Below, piece by piece: positions 23,605-36,711 of a stretch of 64,000 nt of DNA. The stretch is from NCBI GenBank assembly GCA_026026165.1, contig JAPEUD010000030.1, forward strand, positions 124,001 to 188,000. The letters run 5' to 3'. A program made the position numbers and the translations under genes. This stretch comes from Sarea resinae (Eukaryota). How positions within the stretch are numbered: the stretch's first letter is position 1; each line of letters starts with the position of its first letter. A model generated the notes under the pieces. The model had not been told where the DNA came from and did no database searches. It worked only from the letters and a program-made list of their open reading frames with translations.

Positions 23605-26600
23605 TCAATGCCCCGAACTCCCAAACGCAAATCGTCGGTTCCGCTTCAGTAGCCCATTCAATCGCTTCTCCAGCGCCTCCGTCTCCTTTCGAGCGGCCAA
23701 CATCGCCTTCTCTGCCTCTTCGACACCGAGGAGCGGTACCGTTGGTAGGCTGTGCGCATGCGATGACGTGTTGCTTGCTGATGTCGTCGTCGTTGCTGCT
23801 GTGCTGGAGTGGTTGTGTCGTGAGGAGAGGGACGTGGCTGCATGATGTGGGGGAGGAGGCGCGAAACTGTTTGGTAGGAGAATGTCAGCTGATAGTTCTG
23901 TCATCATATGACGTGTGCGATGACTGCGGTTCATAAGGGAGAAAATAAGGGGCGAAAGGCGGAGAGTAGAGGCAAATGCAAAGATTCGACTTACCATCCC
24001 AAAGGATCTGGCCCCTGTCCCCCCCTGGCAATGTCCTCCGCAACCCGCAATCCAAAATCAGCAACCCCTTGCACAGAAGGCGAGTTCTCCAATCTGCCAC
24101 ACGCAGGCAAAGCAGGAAGAACAAACTGATTGATGTAATCTAGCGCCTCGTCCACACGCATCTTGCTTGCTGGATCGGGCAGAGGTCGGTGCTGAGAGGA
24201 TAGGCCACTATGATGAGCAATCAACGAGACATCGGTAGGTGTCTGCACAACGCGACCGCCAATCAGAGTAAACTCGCTGCCTGCCTTTTTGGGAGTGTAT
24301 TTTGTCGGTCCTCGGGCCGAGGTGGTGCGTTTCTCCAGAGTGAGAAAGTGCGCTTCTTGCTCTGGGGTGAGGCCGCGAAGGATGGCTCCCGAAGGAGAGA
24401 TGAGGACGCGGGACGATGGCTTGGAGGGGGAGCCAAGGCGACGGATGGGATGGCCTGCCGAGAGAGCGGTACGCTCGTCGTCCGTGAGGTTGAGCTTGCG
24501 CTCTAATTCTTGAAAGTCGGCAGCAGAGATGTCGTGGCGGTGGTTTAGACCCAGGATGGATTTGAAGATTTCTAGACTGGACGGATCAAGCTCCCCAGCA
24601 GACTGCAGATCTGAGATGATCGACGCTGGTGTGATTGCTTTGGTAGATACTTCCGGTGTAATGGACGCCTGATTTGACTCTGCTTTGTCGCTGTCCCGCG
24701 ACTTTGATCTCTCCTTTGCAGTCTTGTCAGAACTCTTGTCTACTTTCTCCTTTTCCTTAGGCGTGGGCGATACAGGTCTGCTGACGGCAGGAGTAGATCC
24801 ACCAGTAGCACTGCCACCTTGTTTCTTCGTTTTCTTTTTACGACTGATGATTGGAGCCTGCACAGTCTCTTCCGCACGAGCCAGTTGCAAAGCTTCCTCC
24901 ACCTTCACGCTCTGCTCTGCTAATTTCGCCCTCTCCTGCCTCTGTTTCTTCTGCTGACTCTTTGTCTTGACCCGTACGGGCGCAGAGCCTACTTTGCTGG
25001 GCGGCGGAGAATTGGCGCGTGATAGAGACGTAGAGGTAAAAGAGGCGGTCTCGGATATCAGCTCACTGGCGGGAGTACCTGGCCGATTCATCGATGGCGT
25101 TCCCGGCCGATTCATAGACGCAATGCTCGATTGTCGAGACGGTTGCTTCGCAAGTGCAGCCTGAACCGACGAAGCCACCGCCGAGAATGTAGCTGAAGGT
25201 GGCGGAGTCTCGGTTTTTGGTGTTGGCAATACTCGTAAAGTCCTGGCTTGCGTTTGGCGGACGGCAGGAGACTCTGCTCCACGAGTTGTAGTACTACCCG
25301 GTGTGCTAGGACGAGAGGTTGGAACATTTGCTGCTTTTGTTCCCTTGGTCGGTGTCTCGACCTTTGCAGAGGCAGAGGACGCAGCAGCGGTAGCAGCTTG
25401 CAATTCTTTGGATGCTGCCTGGGTTGCTGCAGATATATCTAGCTTTCCGGGAGCTTGGCGTTTGCTAGCTTCTTCAGTGGCTCTGCCATTTTTGCCCACC
25501 TTATGTTCGCTAGTACTGGGCTTAGGAGCATCTGAAGCATCCTTTGTGCTAGCTGGCTGTTTTTCGGACTTGAGCATACCTCCTACAGCTTTCTCTCCCG
25601 TCAACTTAGCTGGAGCATCGAGAAATGGATCCGACTCGGCAGGTTTTGAGACATGCGCTTTCGCCTCTAGCTTTGACTCTTTCTCTTCACCATGATTTGG
25701 AGGAGTTGAAACTGGCTCGTGAATATCCACATCCTTGACCTCTCGTTTAAGTGGAGTCGATATTCGACCGGGCGTGATCGGAATGATCGGGATGGCAGGC
25801 GTAATGACAGAAGAAGTTGTCGACTTTGCTGGGCTGTGTTTCCGAGGGGATTCCTCTGACAGTATGGATAGCGGCGGGTGCTGTCCCTGAGGAAAAGGCA
25901 AACCTGGTGGAGCGTAGAGCGGAGTCGAACGGCCAGATCCACTAAAGAAGCCTGAAGCACTGAATGGCCGATAGTCGGATGGAGCCTCATTCACGAGAGC
26001 GTCAATCGAAGCCTCGTCCAGAGCAGGGGATGTTTCTTCTTCTGTACGATCGAGCCGTTAGCAATGCTGCTTGATTGTGTAGTTGATGAGACGGAGGCAC
26101 AGCAGAACGCAAAACATCGAAGAGAGACACTAGATACATGAGGGCGCTAAATCATAAATGCCGACGTGGAAAAGCCTGCGGAGGTCGAAATCCGAATTCG
26201 CAGAAGCGAACAAGACTACACTAACGCCAAACATCATCGTCTTCGTCACAGGCCAATGGTAGTCGCTATGGAGGCAATTATATGTAAGAACATGTCTTCT
26301 AATCCGCCGGAGAAGGCGAGTAAGTATGGGGCGGGGCCTTAACGTACATAATGGCCATGACGAAGACGATGGTGAAGTATTGGTGGAAGATCTACCCCAC
26401 AGCATTGTGCAATACCGGTAAGTAGAGCAACCCCCCCATGGCAGAAAACAAACATGATATGACGCTGGAAATGCACCGGATATCCTAACCGCTGGATATA
26501 AGAAAGAAAAGCTTGGCCCAAAGGCAACTCCGTAGGCAACCCAAAGCCCGTGTTTTTGGTGTTTTGCCGATGCTTCGCTGATGATAAAGAATATGTGTGT

Positions 26601-29600
26601 ATGTCCGTCATAGCCCAGAAGATTGAAGAGTGATAAGACAGAATAAGGGAAAGTAAATGAAGAGGGTTCAACCCACAAGGAGATACAAAAAATGAAAGCC
26701 CTCGCAATGGATCCTCAATCACCATCTTCCAAAGCCACCGCCGTGCATCATGTTGGGATTGTACCCACCTTGACCTTGGCCACCGAAAAGTCCCTGCCCG
26801 GCGCCAGAAGCGCCACCTTGATGCATCCGAGCCTGCAAAATACTCGGGTCCGCAAGATCGACTATCCCACCTCCCCCAGAAGAGGAAGTGTTAGCATGTC
26901 TGTGCTTCTTCCCCTTCTTCTTCTGCTTCTGTGGACCGGAATCTTGGTAGGCTCCTAGCTGAGGTCCATAGAGCGAACTCAGTGGACCCTGGGCAGAGAC
27001 TGGGGTGGAGGAGGTCGAAGGGTATTGATGAAGAAAAGTAGGAAACATGTACTCACGCTTTCCAGCGTCAGATAACTGACCGTTGACCGCACCACTTGCT
27101 CCGCCACGACCCCGAAGTAGTTCGCGCATAAGCTCAGCGTTATTGTCTTTCTGGTTCAGATTGTTCGCTCCGAACATACCACCCATCGCGCCGGTAAAGC
27201 CATGCCCTTGACCGAACATGCCGCCTCCGCTCACCGGAGGTGTACCGGCTGACTTCAGCCCGGGAGGTGGGCCTTGCACCCCACTACCGAAGAACTGACT
27301 ACTTAGTTGTTGGTGCCCAAGACCCTGCGTGTTCAGGTTGTGGGAGTTTCCGGAAGGCATCATCGCAGATTGCTGCGCCATGAGCTTGGCGTTGGCTGCA
27401 GGCTTCACGGCCGCAGATGCCGAGGCGCTGTCATTGGCAAACGTATAACGAGATGACTGCCTGGCATGCCCTGGAGCCCCAGCAAGTTGCTGATTCTGAT
27501 TCTGAAAGAGACCAGACTGGAGATGATTCGCTTGATTAAGATTCATGCCGTTTTGCATCCCGGGAGGGAATTGGTCTAGGAAATTGCTTGGCTGTCCATT
27601 ACCGGATTTGAGAAGTAGCAGTTGTTGCTGCTGCAATGGCGTCAGGCCACGGCCGTTGATGGTAAGGTTCGAAAGGTTATTAGAGAGGTTGTATGATTGA
27701 TTGAATCTGGGAGCAGGACTATGTCTCATTTGCTGAGAAGGTGGCCGAATCGCCTGGCGGGGTTGTTCCTGAAGAACTTGGGTAGACTGATCACCCGAAT
27801 CCGATCTGGCTTCTGGTTCACCTCCAAGCTGTAAGCTTCCGCTTGACGCATTCTCCTCGGGATCTGCAGCTGAGATCGCCTGCAACGCAATCTGGGTTTC
27901 TTCTTCCAACTTCCGACGTTCTTCTTCCTCGCGTTCACGCATGGCACGTCTCTTAGCTCCTCCATTGTCCGCGAATAAGGGTGGGTAGCTGTTGATCATT
28001 TCAAGCTCCTCGGGACTGAACATGGAGTAATTAAATGAAAATATGAATGCCGGCGAATTCACAGATTTGATAAGATTGTCTAGCAAGGGAATTGAATTCT
28101 GCTTCGCTGTCGTAGATTTGCCTTTCGTCGCCGTGCTGTGGGGGTCTGGAGAGGCAGGTTCTTCGCTAGACGGCCGCGTTGGCTCCGAGTCAGAAGCCGC
28201 TTTCTCATGGTCGGTCTTTTGGTCCTCGACGGCATTCGATGCCGTCGTCGCATTGGTTGTCTTTGGACTTGGTGTTGCTCCGCTTGCGGCCCGACTCGTT
28301 CTCCTGCTCTGCTGATGTAGACCTTTGCTTGCCCAGCTCGCCGTCGATGGTAGTGCCGAACCGTCTCCGCTATCAGCTGGACTAGCCGCACCGTCCCGGC
28401 TGGCTTGCCGGCCCATAGCTGGTGCGGCAGCTGCGACCGTTTGCGGTGCTTGCTGTGGCGGCGGTTGCGGCTGAGGAGTTGGCTGCGATGGCGCTTGACG
28501 GTGCCCCGCAGCAGCGGCAGAGGATGCGGCATTCTGGGCAGGTCGCTGGGTGGAAACCACGTTCATGGATGAAAGATCCTGTCTTGTAAAGCTGTCGTTT
28601 TCCTCCCCAGGTTCGTGTAGGAACATGCAGTTGCGATTATTACATGGCTCATTGCGAAGGTAAGCGGAGCAGTATTTTGTCGTACCGTACTGTGCCCTAA
28701 AGGAAAAGTGTCAGCAAAGCTCCGTCTAGTGTACCCACATCAAAATACCTGAGCACACGATCGCCATTTTGGGAGCCGTCGACCGCAGCGATGCAGCTGG
28801 CTGCGTCTTCCTTTCTGGCGAACGTGACATAGACGCCCATGGACTGATTAGGGTGGGAGCCATCCTTGGCCTTGCTAACAACAATCTTGACGATTTTGCC
28901 GTATTGACCGAAATACTGCTCCCCTCGCAAAGTCTGCAACAGGTCCTCCTCTCGTATTCGGGGATTGAGTCCGACGACATAGACGAGGTTCTTCTGAACA
29001 ACCCGAAGGCCGGCAAGATGTTTTCGGTTTTGAGACTCGACCTCCCGCTTCTGAGCTTCCTTTTGTCGTGCAGCCGCCTTTTTGCGGGCCTGCTGTTGAA
29101 GGTCTGCCTTGAATCTGAGACAGAGTGTCAGCCAACGCAACCTGAATCTCGCCTCACACCGCCAAGAGAACTTCGGAAGTGGCCGACTCACTCTTCTGGA
29201 CTGACGACCTTCCATTCGATTGTCTTTTCATCGTAAGGCCGTCTGCATGCTGGACAAAGACCGTTCATGTTATTCTTGATGTTGTTGAAGCAGAACTGGC
29301 AGACCTAAGTGGTGGGGCAAAGTTAGCAACGACGTCGGAAGACCTGATCTACGGGGTTGATCTTGTGGCATAGGAGAATATTCCATCGATCAAAGATCGT
29401 TGCCGACGTTTTCACCGTGAACACGAAGGGAAGTGACATACTTGGTAGCCGCAAGGACATGGTCTGAAGTTCCTGTCCGAGAGATCGAACTCCTCGACGC
29501 AGAGAGGACTGATTTGCAAAAGTCAGCGACGTAACGAACGAACAGGTCGAAGGCTAGATCGGCATACCATGCATCGTCGGAGTCGTCAATGAAGCTATCT

Positions 29601-29620
29601 TGCTGAATGCGGCTCGTCAT
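23605..29620 (-). CDS. NOT4: CCR4-NOT E3 ubiquitin ligase Not4/Mot2, long isoform (~1611 aa; exons 29620-29568, 29508-29442, 29304-29192, 29114-28749, 28696-26769, 26041-23995, 23866-23605); short isoform stops at 26719 (~858 aa)
   Basis: C4C4 RING CPLCVEEFDLSDRNFRPCPCGYQ|VCQFC..CPACRRPY; RRM LRVVQKNLVYVVGL..YFGQYGKIVKIVV; CCCH GTTKYCSAYLRNEPCNNRNCMFLHE. The downstream 667-aa ORF starts at GTG rather than ATG and is preceded by a good phase-matched acceptor (GCTAAC..TACAG at 26042). Confidence 0.9.
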
Positions 29621-30569
29621 CTTGGGGTGGGTAGACGCGAGCTCACGACGCGCGAGCGGCGGCGGATGAAGTGGGATGGAAAAGGGAGGATGACGGTGGA
29701 AGAGAAAAAGACGATCAAAGATCAGAGAGAAATCCAACGCCAAGATCGCAGGGGCAAGAGAGGGGAGAGGATCTGAGGTCGGCGGAGGAACAGGTGAAAG
29801 GAAGGTGATTGAATCCGGGGTCAGGTGAAGTGAGGAAGGGAAGTAGAGCAGGTAAGTAGGTAAGTAGTGAAAGGAAGCAAGTGAAGGTTGTTAGATGAGG
29901 CGTCAGTGGTCAGTGGTCCGTGGTGGTCAGAAGCAAAAGTACGTTGAAGTCTCGAAGTCGTGTCGGTACTCGGCTCGCGCGCCGTCCGGCGGTCTGGTTT
30001 GGCCCTGGACCGAAGTGGAAGTACTTGGCTCTACTTGGCTCGCCTGACGACTACGGATCATGTAGGAACGAGAACTCGAATAGGAAGGAGATGCATATGG
30101 CTGGCTGACGAGTACTCCGTACAATTTCTCCAACCTGACCGTCCCGAGGTAATCGAATCTACTATCTAATGCGGCCCTCGTAGAAGACGGGGAGATGACT
30201 CGAAACAGAGACTTGACGATGTTGTTGGACTGCGTACGCAGTTGGAGCATTGGATCCTGCAAGTATCAGTAGCTGGAGCCCAGTGTTTTCATCCAGTAGT
30301 AGAACGGTACCGCAATACGGAGAGCGAAGGCCCGGACTTGGCAGGCTCGTGACCTCGCTAGATTTGCCCCAAGTCGAGAGCCTCATCATACTCCGTATTC
30401 CAGCGGTGATACTTCGTACTCCATACGGTCGGTACCTGCATCGCCGTACCTCCACCACCTCCAGACTTCAGGGCATCATCACCATTCCAATTGCCCCCAA
30501 GTCCCTCCCCGCCGTCGGAACCAGCAATTGGAAGCCAATTGAGCCCACCGGCTGCCATCTCCACTCATC

Positions 30570-31565
30570 ATGGCCTTACGATTGCAGACCAGCCGTTCTC
30601 TGGCCGCCGCTCTCCGAGCCGGGAGCTCCTCATCCTCTGCTCTCCGGGCCAACGCGCTCCGAACTTTCACATCGTCATGTCTGCGGCAGAAGGATGTGGT
30701 CGCGCAGCAGGACAAGCCGAACCTACGACATGCTCATCGGACTCGTATGTCTCCTCCAAAGCCCCCTACAAGCACCTTTTCAAAAAAAAGTCTAACATCG
30801 AGGTACTCCTCAGCAACGGGCGTGCTCAACCGCCCCGTCGAAAACCCCGCCGACAAGTACGCCGAACAATCCAGCGCCCTCCACACCTACGGCCAATATC
30901 TCCTCTCCTGCCTACCGAAATATATCCAGCAATTCTCCATCTGGAAGGACGAACTGACCATCTATATCCCGCCCTCGGGCGTCATCCCCGTGATCACTTT
31001 TCTGAAATACCACACCGCGGCCGAATACACCCAAGTCAGCGACATCACCGCCGTCGACTACCCGACCAAAAGCCAGCGCTTTGAGGTCGTGTACAACCTC
31101 CTCAGCGTCCGCCACAACTCCCGGATCCGCGTCAAGACGTATGCCGATGAGGCGACACCGGTACCGAGCATCACGAGTCTGTACGATGGTGCTCTGTGGT
31201 ACGAGCGCGAGGTGTACGATTTGTTTGGCGTCTACTTCTCGGGTCACCCGGATCTTCGACGTATCATGACGGACTACGGCTTCGACGGCCACCCGCTGCG
31301 CAAGGATTTCCCTCTGACCGGCTACACGGAGCTGCGCTACGACGAGGAGAAGAAGAGAATCGTCATCGAGCCGCTGGAATTGACCCAAGCCTTCCGCAAC
31401 TTTGAGGGCGGAACCGCGGCCTGGGAGCAAGTTGGACCGGGCCAGGACCGAACGCCGGATTCAGTAAGCATTGAAGCTTTACCTCAACCAAGACGTGACT
31501 AATATTCCTGATAGTTCAAACTCCCCACTCCCAAGCCCGAAGAGAAGAAGGAAGAGAAGAAATAA
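30570..31565 (+). CDS. NDUFS3: NADH:ubiquinone oxidoreductase 30-kDa subunit (NDUFS3/NuoC/NUGM), mitochondrial; introns 30745-30813 and 31464-31514
   Basis: Presequence, then RFEVVYNLLSVRHNSRIRVKTY, WYEREVYDLFG and HPDLRRIMTDYGFDGHPLRKDFPLTG; last exon FKLPTPKPEEKKEEKK*. Confidence 0.97.
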
Positions 31566-32160
31566 GCGCTCTTACGAGAGGGGGGGGGAAACAATCTTTT
31601 CTTTTTGAATCCAATCTCTCCGCTGCATATTCCACCGAACAGATAAAGCTCTTGTACATTTTATATAAAGCAGCATCCCCAAGTGTTTGACCCATGAAAG
31701 ACCCTCAGTCCTTTATCTCAACGTGCTTGACCCGGATCTCATTGAGTCCAAAACGGGTGAACCCAAGAGCGGGGCCATATACCAGCAAGACACCCAACTC
31801 CCCAACAGCCATCGAATTTCATCTGTAGGAAGAGAAGCACCAGACCTTTGCATTGCACCAGACGAGAAGACCCTGCTCCCCACTGACCTCCTCCCCGCGA
31901 AAAAAACCGAAGTAGTAAGTAAGCAGTAAGAAGCCTCCGAGAAGCCATACAGATCCCCGCACCCCACGCCAACCCTCCCCAACCCAACTCATTCCAGGAA
32001 AATGAATTCTCTTCTCTTCTCTTCTCTTCTCAATACAGTCCGTCCCCCGTCCCCCCCACAGAAACGCAGAAATATTCCATTCCGGCTCTTCGCCCGGCCC
32101 GGCCTCCACGAGCTGCTGCCGCCATGCTCTCCCTGCGACTATACTCTGTACTCTACTCCC

Positions 32161-32280
32161 TACCTACCTACCTACCTACCTACCTACCTGCCCACCTTTT
32201 TTCATACCCTTCCTTCCTTCCTTCCTTCCTTCCTTCCTTCCTTCCTTCCTTCCTTCCTTCCTTCCTTCCTTCCTTCCTTC
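32161..32280. repeat. (TACC)7 and (CTTC)18 tetranucleotide microsatellites
   Basis: Directly visible at 32161-32188 and 32209-32280. Confidence 0.95.
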
Positions 32281-32929
32281 CTACACAAGCCTCTCTCATC
32301 AAACAACCCCCCCTCTCCCCCTCCTGATACACAACATCAACATCCCCCCTGTCTGTCTACGTATTTTCCACTCGGGACTCGGGCGAAGAAGGAGTAGGGG
32401 TAGAGGGGAGACGGAAACAGATGATCTGCCCCCGAGAATAGCAAAACGCCCTCCTCCTCCTGCCTTGTCGGGAAAGGCCGAGGTTTTGTTTAGGCTCTAC
32501 TTTACTTTTTGTTTGTTTTGGAGTAGGGGAGGTGAGGGGGGAAATAAGGGCACGGTAAGGTGATTAGTGGGATAGGAGTGGGATAGGAGTGGGAAGGGAG
32601 AATGGAGAAGGGGGATATGAGAAGGATGTGAGAAGGATGTGAGAAGGGAGAAGGGGAAAGGGATTGAGAAGGGAGGAGGGGAAGTGAACACTAGCTTGAG
32701 TAGGATAGCAAGATTTGGCATGACTAGGCGTTGTGGGGGAGAGAGAGTAAGGTACGGTGAGGAACGTGAGACACGTTGGGTTCTTGTGCACGACGTCAAA
32801 GACGATCGATTGTAAAAGACGACTTTTTGTTCTATAAGTCTGAACACCGTAGATACACTATACGCCGCGCCCGCTCCTTAGCGTCGCTAATGATTGACCG
32901 ACAACTCTATCTCGCGGGTGATATTCTTC

Positions 32930-34012
32930 TTAATACGTAGCAGGCATGACACCCAGTCTGCCGCCATCGGTGATGACCACGCATCCGTTCGAGTACCCGC
33001 CCGCTCGTGAACAGAGGTAGAGTACGACGCCCGACATGTCCTCGACGGTACCGGCGCGGCCGATGGGGATGATCGACGGCTCAAAGGCGCCTTCTTCGGT
33101 GGGGTCTCGGTCGCCGATCAGCGGGCCGGCCATGTCTGAGGGGTAGACTGTTCCGTTTGGGTTAGTCTTGGAAAGTGATTGGAAGGGGGACGAAAAGGTA
33201 AAAGGAAAAAGGATGGGAGTTTGGTTGTGGAACTAGGGAACGGGAAGTGAAGGAATGGACTCCACGATGGAGAAGGACAACAGGAGAAAGACATACTTCC
33301 GGGAGCGATTATGTTCGTGCGGATGTGATACGGAATCAGCGCCGTCGACAATGACTTCATCAGGTGCGTCAACGCGGCCTTGCTACTCCCGTACGAAAAC
33401 CCGGCCGGCAGTTTCCTGTTGAATCCCGCAATACTGCTCGTCGCGATGACCTGGCTCTTGACTTTACTCCCTGCCCGGTTCTCGGCCTTGTTCCCGGCAT
33501 CCAACAGCTCCAGAAACGCCAACGTCGTGTAGAAGACCCCGGACACATTGACGGCGAACGTCCGGCTGAATTCCTCCGGCGGGTGCGCCCACAGGTAATC
33601 CTTGAATTCCTTTAGACTCGGGTTGGGCTTGAGGCCGTCGTTCGTCGGGCCCGCAATTCCAGAATTGCAGATCAGGACGTTCAGGTAGCCGACTTCGGAT
33701 TTCACTTGCGCAGAAATGCGAGCCAGGTCGTCCTTGGAGGTCACGTCGCCTTGGATGGGGGAGACTATTCCGGAGGGGCTAATTGAGGAGGCGGCGGATT
33801 CGAGGACGGCGAGGCGCCGGCCGACAATGTAGACTTTGCGGGCGCCATTGGCGGCGAGGGCCTTGGTCATCATGAGGCCAATACCTGGGGTGTATTAGAA
33901 TTGGCCGTAAAGCTGAGGCTGATTGAGAAAGGACCATACCACTTCCGCCGCCGGTGACGACGGCCACGACGCCCTTGACGCTGAACAGGTTGCTAGCTTC
34001 GATCGAAGACAT
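32930..34012 (-). CDS. Classical short-chain dehydrogenase/reductase; exons 34012-33940, 33884-33297, 33147-32930
   Basis: VAVVTGGGSG|IG Rossmann motif, NSG, YGSSK catalytic YxxxK, IAPG|IYPS, C-terminal ITDGG. Confidence 0.93.
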
Positions 34013-34714
34013 GCTGGATTGCTATAGTATGATGAGCGTGGATGAGACCCGTGAGAGGCCAGTAAGTGCTTCTTTGCGTCTGGTTGGTGTCAGAGTATCA
34101 ACGGTGAAGAAGCAAAGTCGAAAGGATGGATCACAGATATCAGAGATATCGTGTGATGAGTGATTACGGAGATGATCTCATCAGGGACCGGCCTCCACTA
34201 CGCCATGTCCGCGGGGCACGTCGAGTACAATGTGTGCATAATTACTCTGTATAAGTGGCCACGCATTTGTCAGCCATCGGTCCCGTTCATCGCATTTGGA
34301 AACGGCGGAATCTGCAAGGGCGACGACTCCGGAGCAGAAATGTGGGCATGGGGCTCTTTTCGCGATGTCGTGTCTATTGCGTACATGGCGGATGGCTGCT
34401 TTCGGGCGGTGAAGTGCCTCGACCCCTCGATCCAGCAGGGCTTCGGTAAACATTTAGTACGACGGAGAGAGAGCCGATTTATCCGCATCACGATTGATCC
34501 GGCAATCAATCCGTCAATATAACAGCTATGCACCATAACAAGGAATCTATCGTTTTGGATGTTATACTCTAGTACAAAGAGTCCTTGGTATATCAGATCG
34601 TCTCGTGGTCATGCGAAACCTTCACTCTTCATCCAGAGCAGATAGAGCCTCTATTCCAAAGACAAAGGAATCTACTCCGGAGTATGATCGAGCTCTGCCG
34701 TCTTCGTTTGGAAT

Positions 34715-36250
34715 CTAGTCGAACACAACCTTCTTGCCCTGGAAGCTGATTGCGGCCTTCTGCTCCTTGGCCTTCTTTGCCGCCTCCCACGACGGATGCA
34801 AAGACCCCTGATCATCCTTCTTCGGCGGCGGCTTGGTAGCCCTCCCATCGAAGCCTCCCTCGAAGCCCCCGTTCTGATGACCCCCTCTACCATGTCCCAT
34901 ATCACCATGGCCACCCCGCCCATAGCCCCTTCCTCTTCCGGCTCCCCTTCCTCTACCAGGACCGCCCTCCTCTCGTGCCCCTCTCCGCGGATCCCAGTCT
35001 CGATCCCTCTCGGTGTTTTTGATGTGGTTAGCTCGCTTTCCATATTTCTTCTCCCATAGCGCCCGCCGTGCTTGCTGGCCCATGCGGTTCTTTCGAGGCT
35101 TGATGCCTGCGACGTCATCGTCGTTGTCGTCGTCGTCACCAGATTCGGAGCCGGACCAGTAACCCCCCATCATGAGGGATGGTAGGAAGGTAGTTGAATT
35201 AGGGGCTGACGGCGTGGCTTTTTGCTTTGATGGTTTCGAGGTATTTCGGGGAGGTGGTGACTCGTCTTCAAGGGATGGAGAAATAGATAGGTCCCGAGAA
35301 GGATTAGAAGACTCTTCTGGTGACGGTGAGATCGACATGTCTCGACTGATACGTCTTTTCATGCCTTTCAACATGGTCTGCCGCGACAGCTCATCCTCTC
35401 CGGAATCTTCATCAGACGAAGATGCCAGTCGCGCGTCGTATCTTGAAAGATCGTCTTGGTCCTGGTCTTCGTCCTCATCCGCAGCCGACTGTCTGTGTGC
35501 AGGGCTCTGCTCAGACTCGAAGCCCTCCCATTCGGGGCCTGATTCTCCATTCCCATCAGCCTGCTCTGCCAAATCATCGCCCTCCACTTCATCTAAATTA
35601 GCGGCGCGTTTTGGGGTCTCGGTCTGTGTATTTTTTTCCTGCTCTATTTTGGCACGCTTATTCTTCCCCTTCCCCTTGCCCTCCTGCGGAATGCCAAGAG
35701 CCTCACACACTGTGTCGAAGACTTCCGTCATTGTTGTTTTTACTGGATTGGAGGCATAGAGACGAGCGAGGACATTATTTCGCGCCGTGCTTGGAGGCTC
35801 CTGTAGTGCTTCTACTCGCGGTTGGACGAACGTAGGAAGACCGGGGGCTGTCGAAACGGGCTTCGACTTCAGTAGTGTTTTGTAGAGATGCAATTCAGCT
35901 GTGACGGGTAGGTCGAGCGCCTACAACCACATCGATCATTAGTCCTGAGATCGAGGCGCATCGCTCAAAGTACAGAGCGACGTCAGATCAGCACGAACCT
36001 TTAATGCCCCCACCTCGGCATCGAGGCGTGCGCTCTCGGCGGCATCATTCTTCTCCTTTGCAACTTTCTGCCGTCTTCCTAGCTTCTGCCGCTCGAATCC
36101 CTTTGCCGTCTTCAGCGCTCGATTGAGTAGCTTCCTGCCGTGGACGATCTTCGCTTCGGCGAGCTGTCTCTGCAATTCGACGGCGTGGTCAGGATTGGCG
36201 CCCCCATTGTGCCCGACACGATCTGACTGGAGCCGTTTGCGCTTAGGCAT
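34715..36250 (-). CDS. BUD22: Bud22/SRFBP1 ribosome-biogenesis protein; intron 35921-35998
   Basis: ALKTAKGFERQKLGRR; RKNRMGQQARRALWEKKYG; C-terminal LHPSWEAAKKAKE..FQGKKVVFD. Confidence 0.93.
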
Positions 36251-36631
36251 GGCAACAGAATCACTTTCGTCTTGGGATAGCTCTCAGGCGGTGATGATGG
36301 TGATCATGCACGGACATTCAATATTTTTGACTACAGTACTGGAATAGGTAAGGTACGATGATCGTAGAATACATTTGACTTGATGGCTCGGCTGTTACCG
36401 AAGATGACGGCGTTCTATAAACGACAAATGATATCTTTCGAGATGATCGCATGCGAAACCATTCTATGTAGTGCATAAATTACCTTTGAACCGTGGTTCT
36501 CATACAGGTTACGAATCATATCACTTTCAATCACTACTAATAGAGAGAATCACAGGTTCAATTCTTTGTATTTGACTGTCCTCGATCTATAATTTTAGAG
36601 GAATAATGCACTTAGCAGTTGAGCACGGAGC

Positions 36632-36695
36632 TTAGCACTCAGCAACTTTAGCACTCGGCAATTTGAGCACATAGCAACTTCAGCACGAAGCATTA
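36632..36695. repeat. 16-bp degenerate minisatellite, 4 copies
   Basis: ttagcactcagcaact / ttagcactcggcaatt / tgagcacatagcaact / tcagcacgaagcatta. Confidence 0.75.
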
Positions 36696-36711
36696 TTTCC
36701 CGCAACTCAGA

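Noticed and set aside
26130..26725. 128-182 aa ORFs inside the long NOT4 intron
   Set aside because: Non-ATG starts and UTR-like composition.
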